DNA of 33,764 nucleotides, from contig SLAO01000059.1 of the NCBI GenBank assembly GCA_007126835.1, positions 1-33,764 of the forward strand. Reading direction: 5' to 3'. Every line of letters begins with the position of its first letter. Position 1 is the stretch's first letter. Both the position numbers and the translations under genes were made by a program. This document shows, in pieces, positions 27,100 through 33,764 of this stretch. The notes under the pieces were generated by a model. It was not told the origin of the DNA, made no database searches, and worked only from the letters and a program-made list of their open reading frames with translations. The stretch comes from Nitriliruptorales bacterium (GTDB taxonomy: Bacteria > Actinomycetota > Nitriliruptoria > Euzebyales > Egibacteraceae).

Positions 27100-27750
27100 C
27101 TAGTCGTTGCGGTCGTTGCGGTGCCGGCGTTCGGCGAGGTACGCGGCGGCCTCGGCGCGGCGGGACACCTGGAGTTTGGTCAGGATCGTCGAAACGTAGT
27201 TCTTGACGGTCTTCTCGGCGAGGTGGATCCGCTCGCCGATCTCTCGGTTGGTCAGCCCCTCGGCGATCATCTCCAGGATGCGCGCCTCGGTGGGGGTCAG
27301 CCGCGCCAGGCGCGGGTCCTCGTCACCCTTCGGGTTGCGCACCCGCTCCAGGACACGGGCGGTCACGGCTGGGTCGAGCAAGCTCTCGCCGGCACCCACG
27401 CGGCGTATCCCGTCGATCAGCTCGGTGCCGCGGATCTGCTTCAAGACGTAGCCGGCGGCGCCAGCCATGATCGAGTCGAACAGCGCCTGGTCGTCGGAGA
27501 ACGAGGTCAGCATCAGCACCGCCATGTCTGGGTGCTCGGCTCGGATGTCGCGGCAAGCCAGCACCCCGGAACGGTCCGGGAGCCGGACGTCGAGGACCAC
27601 GACGTCCGGCTTGTACGACCGCGCCCGCAGCACCGCCTCTCCCGCAGTGCCCGCCTCCGCCACGACCTCTAGATCCTCTTGGGCATCCAGCATCGCGCGA
27701 AGACCTTGCCGAACGACCTCATGGTCGTCGACGAGCATCACCTTGATCAC
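27100..27750 (-). CDS. NarL/LuxR-family response regulator (DevR/DosR-like)
   Basis: The receiver domain reads 'IKVMLVDDHEVVRQGL...PDVVVLDVRLPDRSG...VLMLTSF'. The LuxR HTH reads 'LTPTEARILEMIAEGLTNREIGERIHLAEKTVKNYVSTILTKL'. GTG 27750 has an AGGAG RBS, 25 nt after the kinase stop. Confidence 0.92.
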   Translation of the reverse strand: MIKVMLVDDHEVVRQGLRAMLDAQEDLEVVAEAGTAGEAVLRARSYKPDVVVLDVRLPDRSGVLACRDIRAEHPDMAVLMLTSFSDDQALFDSIMAGAAGYVLKQIRGTELIDGIRRVGAGESLLDPAVTARVLERVRNPKGDEDPRLARLTPTEARILEMIAEGLTNREIGERIHLAEKTVKNYVSTILTKLQVSRRAEAAAYLAERRHRNDRND

Positions 27751-27775
27751 GCTTGCTCCTATCGGTCCTCGCTGC

Positions 27776-28891
27776 TTACACCATGGGCTTGGACAGCCGG
27801 AGGCGCGTCCCCTCACCCGGCGCGCTGCTGATGTCCAAGGATGCGCTCAGCGCATCAGCACGCTCGCGGATGTTCTCGAGCCCGCGCCCGACCTTCAGGG
27901 TATCCGGAGTGAACCCGACGCCGTCGTCGGCGATGTCGAGCACCATCGTGTCGCCCAGATCCAAGACGATTCGGACCTCGGTCGCCCGGGCGTGCTTGGC
28001 CACGTTGGAAAGCGCCTCCCGCACGACCGCGAGCAGGTCCGGGACGAGCTGCGCCGGCAAGCGCGCGTCGACGTTGCTGGGGACCTCCAGGACTGGGCGC
28101 ACGAGGGCGTTGACCTCGTACTCGCGTGCCAGTTCGGTGAGCCCTCGGGTAAAGCCCATCGACGCGGCGTGCTCGGGACGCAGCTGGAAGATGAAGTTGC
28201 GCAACTCCCTGATGGCGCCGTCGATGGACTCGACCGTAGCGTCGATGCGGTCGTCGGCGCGGTCGGGGTCCACGCGGATCAGCCCGCGTGCTGCTTCCAG
28301 CCCCATGCCCAACGAGAACAGCGTCTGGATCACGCCGTCGTGCAGCTCTCGGCTGATCCGGTCGCGTTCGTCCTGCACCGCGAGCGATCTCAGCTGGTCG
28401 GACAGGATGGCGTTTTCGATCGCGGCGCCCGCTTGGGCGGCGAGCACGAGGATGGCGCGTTCGTCGTCGTCGTTGAACCCGCCGTCCTTCTCGGTGAGGT
28501 AGAGGTTGCCGAAGACCTGTCCGCCCGACCTGACGGGAGCGCCGAGGAAGCTGCGCATCTCGGGATGATGGGGTGGGAACCCGAAGGCGTCAGGATGCTC
28601 GCGGATGTCCTCGAGGCGGATGATGCGCTGCTCGCGGATGAGCAGCCCGAGCACACCTTTGCCGGTGGGATAGTGGCCGACGGCCTCGACCTCGTCGTCG
28701 CTCATGCCCTCAGTGATGAACTGCTCGATCGTCCCGTCGTCCCCCAAGACCCCAAGCGCGGCGTACTGCGCACCGGTGACGCGGGCCGCATGACTCACGA
28801 TCGTGCGGAGGACGCTCGACAGGCTCAGTTCGCCGGCGAGCGCAGCGGCTGCATCGGCGAGCGCGTCGAGCCGTTCGGCTCCGTTGAACAC
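27776..28891 (-). CDS. Single-GAF sensor histidine kinase (HisKA_3 + HATPase_c), DevS/DosT-like
   Basis: The GAF domain reads 'GKGVLGLLIREQRIIRLEDIREHPDAFGFPPHHPEMRSFLGAPVRSGGQVFGNLYLTEKDGGFNDDDE'. The H-box is 'ERDRISRELHDGVIQTLF'. The ATPase region includes 'EALSNVAKHARA' and 'DDGVGF'. The start is GTG. Confidence 0.9.
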   Translation of the reverse strand: MFNGAERLDALADAAAALAGELSLSSVLRTIVSHAARVTGAQYAALGVLGDDGTIEQFITEGMSDDEVEAVGHYPTGKGVLGLLIREQRIIRLEDIREHPDAFGFPPHHPEMRSFLGAPVRSGGQVFGNLYLTEKDGGFNDDDERAILVLAAQAGAAIENAILSDQLRSLAVQDERDRISRELHDGVIQTLFSLGMGLEAARGLIRVDPDRADDRIDATVESIDGAIRELRNFIFQLRPEHAASMGFTRGLTELAREYEVNALVRPVLEVPSNVDARLPAQLVPDLLAVVREALSNVAKHARATEVRIVLDLGDTMVLDIADDGVGFTPDTLKVGRGLENIRERADALSASLDISSAPGEGTRLRLSKPMV

Positions 28892-28914
28892 GCTGGGCAG
28901 ACTAGCGGGTCCTG

Positions 28915-29433
28915 CTAGCGGTTCGCCGTCACGTCATTGCGCGCCAGCCGCGCGGCAACGTCGAGGACGAACCGGCGCACGGTGGCTTCAGCCACCCGAT
29001 GGCCGAGCAGTCGATCGGTTGCCTCGCCCACGACCGATAGCGGAGGGCGGTACGTGCCCATGAGCGACAGCTGGCAGCCGCCGCCCTGCAGGGCGGCGAG
29101 CTCGAGGTCAGCCGACAGGACGGGGAAGACCTCGCTGGCGTCGGCGGCTTCCCACCGGACCGGGCGCAGCAGCCCTGCGCCCTGACCGTTGGTCGTGGCC
29201 TGGCCGTCGTCGATCGGCAGCGACCGTTCGGGTACTGGGCCGACCCGCACGATCCCGCGGCGCCGTGCCAGCGAGCCCGGCAGGGCACCGTCGGCGCGAA
29301 GATCGACCAGCCAGGCCTCGCCCGAAGGCTCTGCGGGCTCGGGCAGCCAGTGGCGGGGATCGCCGGCCAAGGCGGTGGCAGCCTCCCCGAACGGGGTGGC
29401 CAGGAGCTCGTAGTAGTACACGTGTCGCGGCAT
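28915..29433 (-). CDS. Hypothetical 172-aa protein, paralogous to the N-terminal domain of the CBS-BON fusion
   Basis: The shared pattern is 'VRWEAADASEVFPVLSADLELAAL...LSLMGTYRPPLSVVGEATDRLLGHRVAEATVRRFVLDVAARL' against 'LTWEAEPGRLAFPRFDGAVELEPL...VTLTGRYRPPFGPVGVLADGGALRVLAQATAEELVERLAERL'. ATG 29433 lies 4 nt after the upstream stop. I trimmed the track ORF that extends to 29709. Confidence 0.65.
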   Translation of the reverse strand: MPRHVYYYELLATPFGEAATALAGDPRHWLPEPAEPSGEAWLVDLRADGALPGSLARRRGIVRVGPVPERSLPIDDGQATTNGQGAGLLRPVRWEAADASEVFPVLSADLELAALQGGGCQLSLMGTYRPPLSVVGEATDRLLGHRVAEATVRRFVLDVAARLARNDVTANR

Positions 29434-29437
29434 GTGG

Positions 29438-29857
29438 TTAACGGTCCTCGCTGATCCGTCGGCCTGTGATGCGTCGCGGGAGCAGCCGGACGAAGTGCTC
29501 AAGGCGCCCCGGGACCCACGGCTCGAACGCGACTTCGCGTAGGTGCTGCAGTTCCTCAGGCGCCGTGACCTCCTCGGTCCGGCCGTGGACGACGACGCTC
29601 CACCCGGTGCCACGGTCGCGATCGACGTCGTCGATCTCGTACGCGGCGGGCAGGCCTCGCGCCAACTCGTCGAGCCGATCGCCGTAGTCGGTGCGGAACA
29701 CCACCGCACCTTCGACGAAGGTCCCGTTCACCGGCAGAACCTCGATGGTGCCACCGCTCGCGTAGGCGATGCGACCAAAGCTCTCAGCGTCTAAGAGGGC
29801 CATGCACTCGTCTACGCTGAGAGCCTCGATCGATCGCGGTGCTCGATCGGTGCCCAT
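29438..29857 (-). CDS. Pyridoxamine 5'-phosphate oxidase-family (flavin/F420-binding split-barrel) protein
   Basis: 'LSVDECMALLDAESFGRIAYASGGTIEVLPVNGTFVEGAVVFRTDYG...GWSVVVHGRTEEV' follows the PPOX-like/Pyridox_ox_2 pattern. A GGGAGGA RBS precedes the start. Confidence 0.75.
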   Translation of the reverse strand: MGTDRAPRSIEALSVDECMALLDAESFGRIAYASGGTIEVLPVNGTFVEGAVVFRTDYGDRLDELARGLPAAYEIDDVDRDRGTGWSVVVHGRTEEVTAPEELQHLREVAFEPWVPGRLEHFVRLLPRRITGRRISEDR

Positions 29858-29915
29858 GTCTCGGTCCCGTCCTCCCTCAGGCTCCTAGGCTCGTCGTGCC
29901 TCCCCCCGACAGTGA

Positions 29916-29929
29916 GGGCCGAAGGTCCC
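29916..29929. promoter_or_regulatory. Second DosR/DevR-box-like site, upstream of the PPOX / unknown / kinase / regulator operon
   Basis: GGGCCGAAGGTCCC matches 11/14 positions of GGGACTWWAGTCCC. It is centred about 65 bp upstream of ATG 29857. Further GGTCCC half-sites occur at 29863 and 29947. Confidence 0.3.
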
Positions 29930-29962
29930 CACGGCCGGTCGCCCTTGGTCCCGGGGTCTTGG

Positions 29963-30700
29963 CTACTCCCATCGGAAGGTCCGGGCCGCGACGACGCTGG
30001 CGACCACGGCCCAGCCTGCGAGCGCCGACAACCCGGCGACCACCGGCGGTCCGGTCGATGTCAACGTGGTCGACAGCGTCCCGGCCGCCCACGCTGTCGG
30101 CAGGATGCCCCCGAAGGCCGCCAACCAGTCGGGCATCTCCGCGAGGGGGACGGCGACACCGCCAAGCAGCACCAGCAGCAAGAACACGCCGTTGAGCATC
30201 GCCAACGCGCCCATCGCCGGAAGACGGCCGGCGATGGCCAAACCGATCCCCGCAAAGGCGCACGTGGCCAGCAGCAGAGCCAGCCCCGCGGCGGCCACGC
30301 CACCCGGCGTCAACCCGGGCCGCCACCCGAGCGCGGCCGCCGCGCCGGTGACCGCCGTGGCCTGCACAACCACGATGACTAAGACGGCGAGCGCCTTGGC
30401 CCCCACGAGCTCACCGCGTCGCAGCGGGGTCACGCCGTAGCGTCGCAGCACCGAGTGCTCGCGCTCGAACGCCGTCGAGATCCCCAACGCGACCATCGCC
30501 GACCCCATCACCGCGACCGTCAGGGCTCCGGGCACGAGGATGTCCAACGGCTCCCGCCCGGCGGTGGGAAGCACGGGAACCAAGGTGAAGAACACCAGCA
30601 TCCCCAGCGGGGCCCCCAACGTCACGAGCAGGTTCTCCCCGTTGCGCAGGAGCAAGCGCAGCTCGAGGGCGGTCTGCGCCCGGAGACGTCGGAGGTTCAT
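29963..30700 (-). CDS. ABC-2 type transporter permease
   Basis: A 245-aa protein with about six hydrophobic helices and the typical N-terminus 'LRAQTALELRLLLRNGENLLVTLGAPL'. Its ATG overlaps the ATPase stop (ATGA). Confidence 0.85.
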   Translation of the reverse strand: MNLRRLRAQTALELRLLLRNGENLLVTLGAPLGMLVFFTLVPVLPTAGREPLDILVPGALTVAVMGSAMVALGISTAFEREHSVLRRYGVTPLRRGELVGAKALAVLVIVVVQATAVTGAAAALGWRPGLTPGGVAAAGLALLLATCAFAGIGLAIAGRLPAMGALAMLNGVFLLLVLLGGVAVPLAEMPDWLAAFGGILPTAWAAGTLSTTLTSTGPPVVAGLSALAGWAVVASVVAARTFRWE

Positions 30701-31617
30701 GCCGCTTCGTCGGGGCTGTCGGTCAACCGCAGATACACGTCCTCAAGGCGCTCCCGTGCCGCGGCGATGCCCGTCAGCGGCAGGCCGCGGGCAGCGAACC
30801 AGCTGCTGACCTCGGCGATCATGTCCGTGCTGGCCGCGACGTGCCATCGACCGTCGCCGGCTCGGCTCACGGCGACCCCCAGGTCCTCCGCCAGCGTCGC
30901 GGGGTCGAGCGTTGTCGTGGTCTCCACGAGCAGGCCGGTTTTCGCCCCAGCGAGCGCCGAGGGCCGGTCCAGGGCGATCAGGGTGCCCCCATCGACGACC
31001 GCGACCCGGTCGGCGAGGCGCTCGGCCTCCTCCATCGCGTGGGTGGTCAACAAGATGGCGACACCCCCGGTGCGCAGCTCCTGCACGAGCGCCCACGTCT
31101 GCCGCCGGGCGGCAGGGTCCATCCCGGCGGTGGGTTCGTCGAGCAGAGCCACCCGCGGCTGCCCGACGAGCGCCAAGGCCAAGGCCACCCGCTGGCGCTC
31201 ACCCCCGGACAGGGTCCGGACCCGCTGGGCGGCAACCTGGCCGAGGCCCAGCCGCTCGATCAACGCCAGCGGCTCGAGCGGGTCGTCGTAGTAGGCGGCG
31301 AACGTGCGCAGCAGCTCGGCGGGGGTGGCAGACCGGTGCGTGCCGCCTTCCTGCAACATGACCCCGAGTCGCCCGACCACCTGCTCCCGCTCGCGGCGCG
31401 GGTTCACGCCGAACACCGACACGGTGCCCATGTCGGGTGCCCGAAGCCCGGCGATGCACTCCACCGTAGTGGTCTTGCCCGACCCGTTGGGACCCAGCAG
31501 GGCCAGGACCTCACCGGGATGCACCGTCAGTGAGAGGTCGGCAACCGCTGTGCGGCCGCCGTAGCGCTTGGTGAGACCGTCCACGACGATGGACGCGGGT
31601 GGTTCGGGCGTAGGCAT
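30697..31617 (-). CDS. ABC transporter ATP-binding protein (DrrA/ABC-2 exporter type)
   Basis: Walker A 'GPNGSGKTT', Q-loop, signature 'LSGGERQRVALA', Walker B 'ALLDEPTAGMD' and H-loop 'LLTTHAMEEA'. The start is ATG 31617. I trimmed the track ORF that extends to 31734. Confidence 0.92.
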   Translation of the reverse strand: MPTPEPPASIVVDGLTKRYGGRTAVADLSLTVHPGEVLALLGPNGSGKTTTVECIAGLRAPDMGTVSVFGVNPRREREQVVGRLGVMLQEGGTHRSATPAELLRTFAAYYDDPLEPLALIERLGLGQVAAQRVRTLSGGERQRVALALALVGQPRVALLDEPTAGMDPAARRQTWALVQELRTGGVAILLTTHAMEEAERLADRVAVVDGGTLIALDRPSALAGAKTGLLVETTTTLDPATLAEDLGVAVSRAGDGRWHVAASTDMIAEVSSWFAARGLPLTGIAAARERLEDVYLRLTDSPDEAA

Positions 31618-31626
31618 CGCTCGCCA

Positions 31627-31664
31627 GGATAGGGGCGCGGGGCCTCGGATAGGCTGCGGGGGCC
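31627..31664. repeat. Two 18-nt direct repeats, 20 bp apart start to start, in the divergent ABC / fabD promoter region
   Basis: GGATAGGGGCGCGGGGCC (31627-31644) and GGATAGGCTGCGGGGGCC (31647-31664). Both share GGATAGG-N6-GGGGCC. Confidence 0.3.
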
Positions 31665-31684
31665 GCGACGAGAGGAGGCAGTGG

Positions 31685-32593
31685 ATGGGGACCGCGCTCG
31701 TGTTCGCCGGCCAGGGAAGCCAGCGCGAGGGCATGGCCCTGGAGTGGCGGGGCGCGCGTGCCTACGCGCGATGGGAGGAGGCCAGCGACCTCCTGGGGTT
31801 CGACGTCGCTCGACTGGGCACCACCGCCTCCGCCGACGAGCTGCGGGAGCCCGCCAACTGTCAGATCGCCCTGTTCGTCCACGCCGCGGTCGTGCTGGAG
31901 TCCTGGCGGGAGGCCGGAGGCGCAGAGCCGGTGGCCGCGGCCGGTCACTCGCTTGGTGAGTACGACGCGTTGCTGGCCGCCGGCGTCCTGCCGTTCGCCG
32001 ACGCCCTCCGGCTGGTCGACGTGCGGGCCCGCGCGACCCAGGCTGCTGCGGACGCGCAACCAGGGCGGATGGTCGCCTGTCTCGGCTACGAGGTCGAAGC
32101 CGTGACCCAAGCCTGCGATGCGGTGGGCGCGTATGTGGCCAACGACAACGCGCCGGGGCAACTGGTGTGCGCCGGACCCGAGGCGGCGCTCGATGCGCTG
32201 AAGCAGCACCTCGCGGGCACGGGGGAACGGGGCAAGGTCGTCGACGTGGCGGTGGGGGCGGCCTACCACAGCCCGCACATGGCCTCGGCAGTCCCCGAGC
32301 TGTCGGCGGCGCTGGACGAAGCTCGCTTCACCGACGCCGCCGTTCCCGTCGTCGCCAACGTCGACGCCGCCCCGCACGTGGCGGCCAGCGACTGGCCCGA
32401 CTTGCTCCGCGAGCAGGTCACCTCGCCGGTGCGCTGGCGAGAGAGCGTGCCCGCGCTGGTCGCGCAGGGCGCGGACCAGGTCGTGGAGCTTGGGGCGTCT
32501 GCCGTCCTGACCGGGATGATCAAACGCATCGACCGCACATTGGACCGTCATGCGGTGACCACCCCCGCCGAGCTCGAGGAGGTCGTGCAATGA
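31685..32593 (+). CDS. fabD: Malonyl-CoA:ACP transacylase
   Basis: 'ALVFAGQGSQREGM', the active-site 'AAGHSLGEYDALLAAG', and 'AYHSPHM'. A GAGGAGG RBS precedes ATG 31685. Confidence 0.92.
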   Translation: MGTALVFAGQGSQREGMALEWRGARAYARWEEASDLLGFDVARLGTTASADELREPANCQIALFVHAAVVLESWREAGGAEPVAAAGHSLGEYDALLAAGVLPFADALRLVDVRARATQAAADAQPGRMVACLGYEVEAVTQACDAVGAYVANDNAPGQLVCAGPEAALDALKQHLAGTGERGKVVDVAVGAAYHSPHMASAVPELSAALDEARFTDAAVPVVANVDAAPHVAASDWPDLLREQVTSPVRWRESVPALVAQGADQVVELGASAVLTGMIKRIDRTLDRHAVTTPAELEEVVQ

Positions 32594-33318
32594 GCCGGGA
32601 GCCCTTGAGTTGGGCGCTGGTGACAGGCGCGTCGAAGGGAATCGGCGCGGCCGTGGCAGACGCGCTCGCAGCCGCGGGCCACGACGTGCTCGTCCACTAC
32701 GGAAGCGACGAGGACGGGGCGACCGCCGTGGCTGAGCGCGTGACCGCCCACGGGGTGCAGGCCAGGGTGGTGGGGTGTGATCTGGCGGGGGACCTCGCGC
32801 CGGTGCAGGAGTCGATCCAGGAGGTCGGCGGCCTCGGTGTGCTGGTCAACAATGCCGGCGTCGCCGTCGACGGCCTCGCGCTGTCGATGTCCGACGAGGC
32901 GTTCGCGCGCACCTGGCAGGTCAACGTGGCCGCGGCGTTCGCCCTCAGCCGCGCCGCGCTGCGCGGGATGCTGCGCGCCCGAGCTGGGCGCATCGTCAAC
33001 CTGTCCAGCGTGGTGGGGCTGCACGGCAACCCGGGCCAGGCCAACTATGCGGCGAGCAAGGCCGCGGTGGTCGGGATGACCAAGTCGTTGGCCCGCGAGG
33101 TCGGGTCTCGGGGCATCACCGTCAACGCCGTCGCACCCGGGTTCGTGACCACGTCGATGACCGCTGAGCTCGACGCCGACGCCCTGACCGAGCGCATCCC
33201 GCTCGGGCGGCTCGGCGCGCCAGAGGAGGTCGCCGCCGCGGTGGCGTTCCTCGCGAGCCCTGCCGCGGCCTACATCACGGGCACGGTCCTGCAGGTCGAC
33301 GGCGGCCTGTTCGCCTAG
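32590..33318 (+). CDS. fabG: 3-oxoacyl-ACP reductase (SDR)
   Basis: 'ALVTGASKGIGAAVA', 'NNAGV', 'SSVVGLHGNPGQANYAASKAAVVGMTKSLA' (S...YxxxK) and 'ITGTVLQVDGGL'. The ATG overlaps the fabD stop (ATGA). Confidence 0.9.
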   Translation: MSREPLSWALVTGASKGIGAAVADALAAAGHDVLVHYGSDEDGATAVAERVTAHGVQARVVGCDLAGDLAPVQESIQEVGGLGVLVNNAGVAVDGLALSMSDEAFARTWQVNVAAAFALSRAALRGMLRARAGRIVNLSSVVGLHGNPGQANYAASKAAVVGMTKSLAREVGSRGITVNAVAPGFVTTSMTAELDADALTERIPLGRLGAPEEVAAAVAFLASPAAAYITGTVLQVDGGLFA

Positions 33319-33322
33319 CGTC

Positions 33323-33764
33323 ATGCCGACCCGGGGCATGCGTTGGGCGCACACCGTCGTCTCGCCCCTCATCGTCGGGCGCCTGCGCGTGACGGTCCAC
33401 GGCCTCGGGTTCGTGCCCGGAGCGGGTCCGGCGATCCTGGCCGGCAACCACGTCTCGTACCTGGACAACTACGTGATCATGACCGCCGCGCCTCGGCCGC
33501 TGCACTTCCTGGGGAAAGCCGAGCTTGCCCGCGGGCCGATGGGCTGGTTCAACACCTCGCTGGGCATGGTCCCGATCGACCGCGGATCGCGGGACGCCGC
33601 CGCGCTGGACACGCTGATCGCGTTGCTCCGTCAAGGCGAGCTCGTCGCGTTGTTCCCCGAGGGCACGCGCTCGCCGACCGGCGACCTCCACCGGTTTCGG
33701 TCCGGCATGGCGCGGATCGCCGCCGCGGCTGAGGCGCCGGTCGTGCCCGTCGGCGTGGTCGGCA
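33323..33764 (+). CDS. 1-acyl-sn-glycerol-3-phosphate acyltransferase (PlsC family), 3' end outside the window
   Basis: This ORF is not in the track because it has no stop before the window edge. My own translation from ATG 33323 gives 'ILAGNHVSYLDNYVIM' (HX4D), 'FLGKAEL' and 'LVALFPEGTRSPTGDL' (FPEGTR). Confidence 0.85.
   Translation, partial: MPTRGMRWAHTVVSPLIVGRLRVTVHGLGFVPGAGPAILAGNHVSYLDNYVIMTAAPRPLHFLGKAELARGPMGWFNTSLGMVPIDRGSRDAAALDTLIALLRQGELVALFPEGTRSPTGDLHRFRSGMARIAAAAEAPVVPVGVVG

Overview
Very GC-rich chromosomal segment (about 70% G+C by eye, not computed). Gene content and syntax point to an Actinomycetota genome: GTG starts, ATGA/GTGA start-stop overlaps, and many long spurious antisense ORFs. 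I can support 32 protein-coding genes. I saw no rRNA, tRNA, CRISPR array, transposase or integrase. Gene order, left to right: CHAD-like fragment; NSS-family Na+ symporter plus an unlisted 40-aa MetS-like small subunit; nitroreductase; a DUF222/HNH endonuclease with its own promoter in a low-GC spacer. Next comes a minus-strand operon of HAD-IIA phosphatase, FGGY pentulose-type kinase, RpiB and a G1PDH-like dehydrogenase. A roughly 650-bp non-coding gap with an AT-rich palindrome island follows. Then a DeoR regulator lies divergent from tkt-tal. After tal sits an uncharacterised four-gene module: a divergent 461-aa transaldolase-fold protein, two tandem DERA-like aldolases and a second FGGY kinase. 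It occupies the slot where actinobacteria normally carry zwf-opcA-pgl. Continuing rightwards: a patatin-like lipase; translationally coupled ctaA-ctaB; DUF983; ppdK co-oriented with a CBS-CBS-BON fusion protein. Then a DosR/DevS-like module (Hrp1-like CBS protein, LuxR response regulator, single-GAF histidine kinase, a paralogous unknown domain, PPOX-family protein). Finally an ABC-2 exporter pair and fabD-fabG-plsC (3' truncated). My best candidates for undescribed biology are the aldolase/kinase module at 14646-19038 and, with it, the DeoR-flanked sugar island wrapped around tkt-tal. The compact redox/energy-sensing regulon at 25276-29857 is the second candidate. All functional calls rest on motif recognition by eye. 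No database search was possible.
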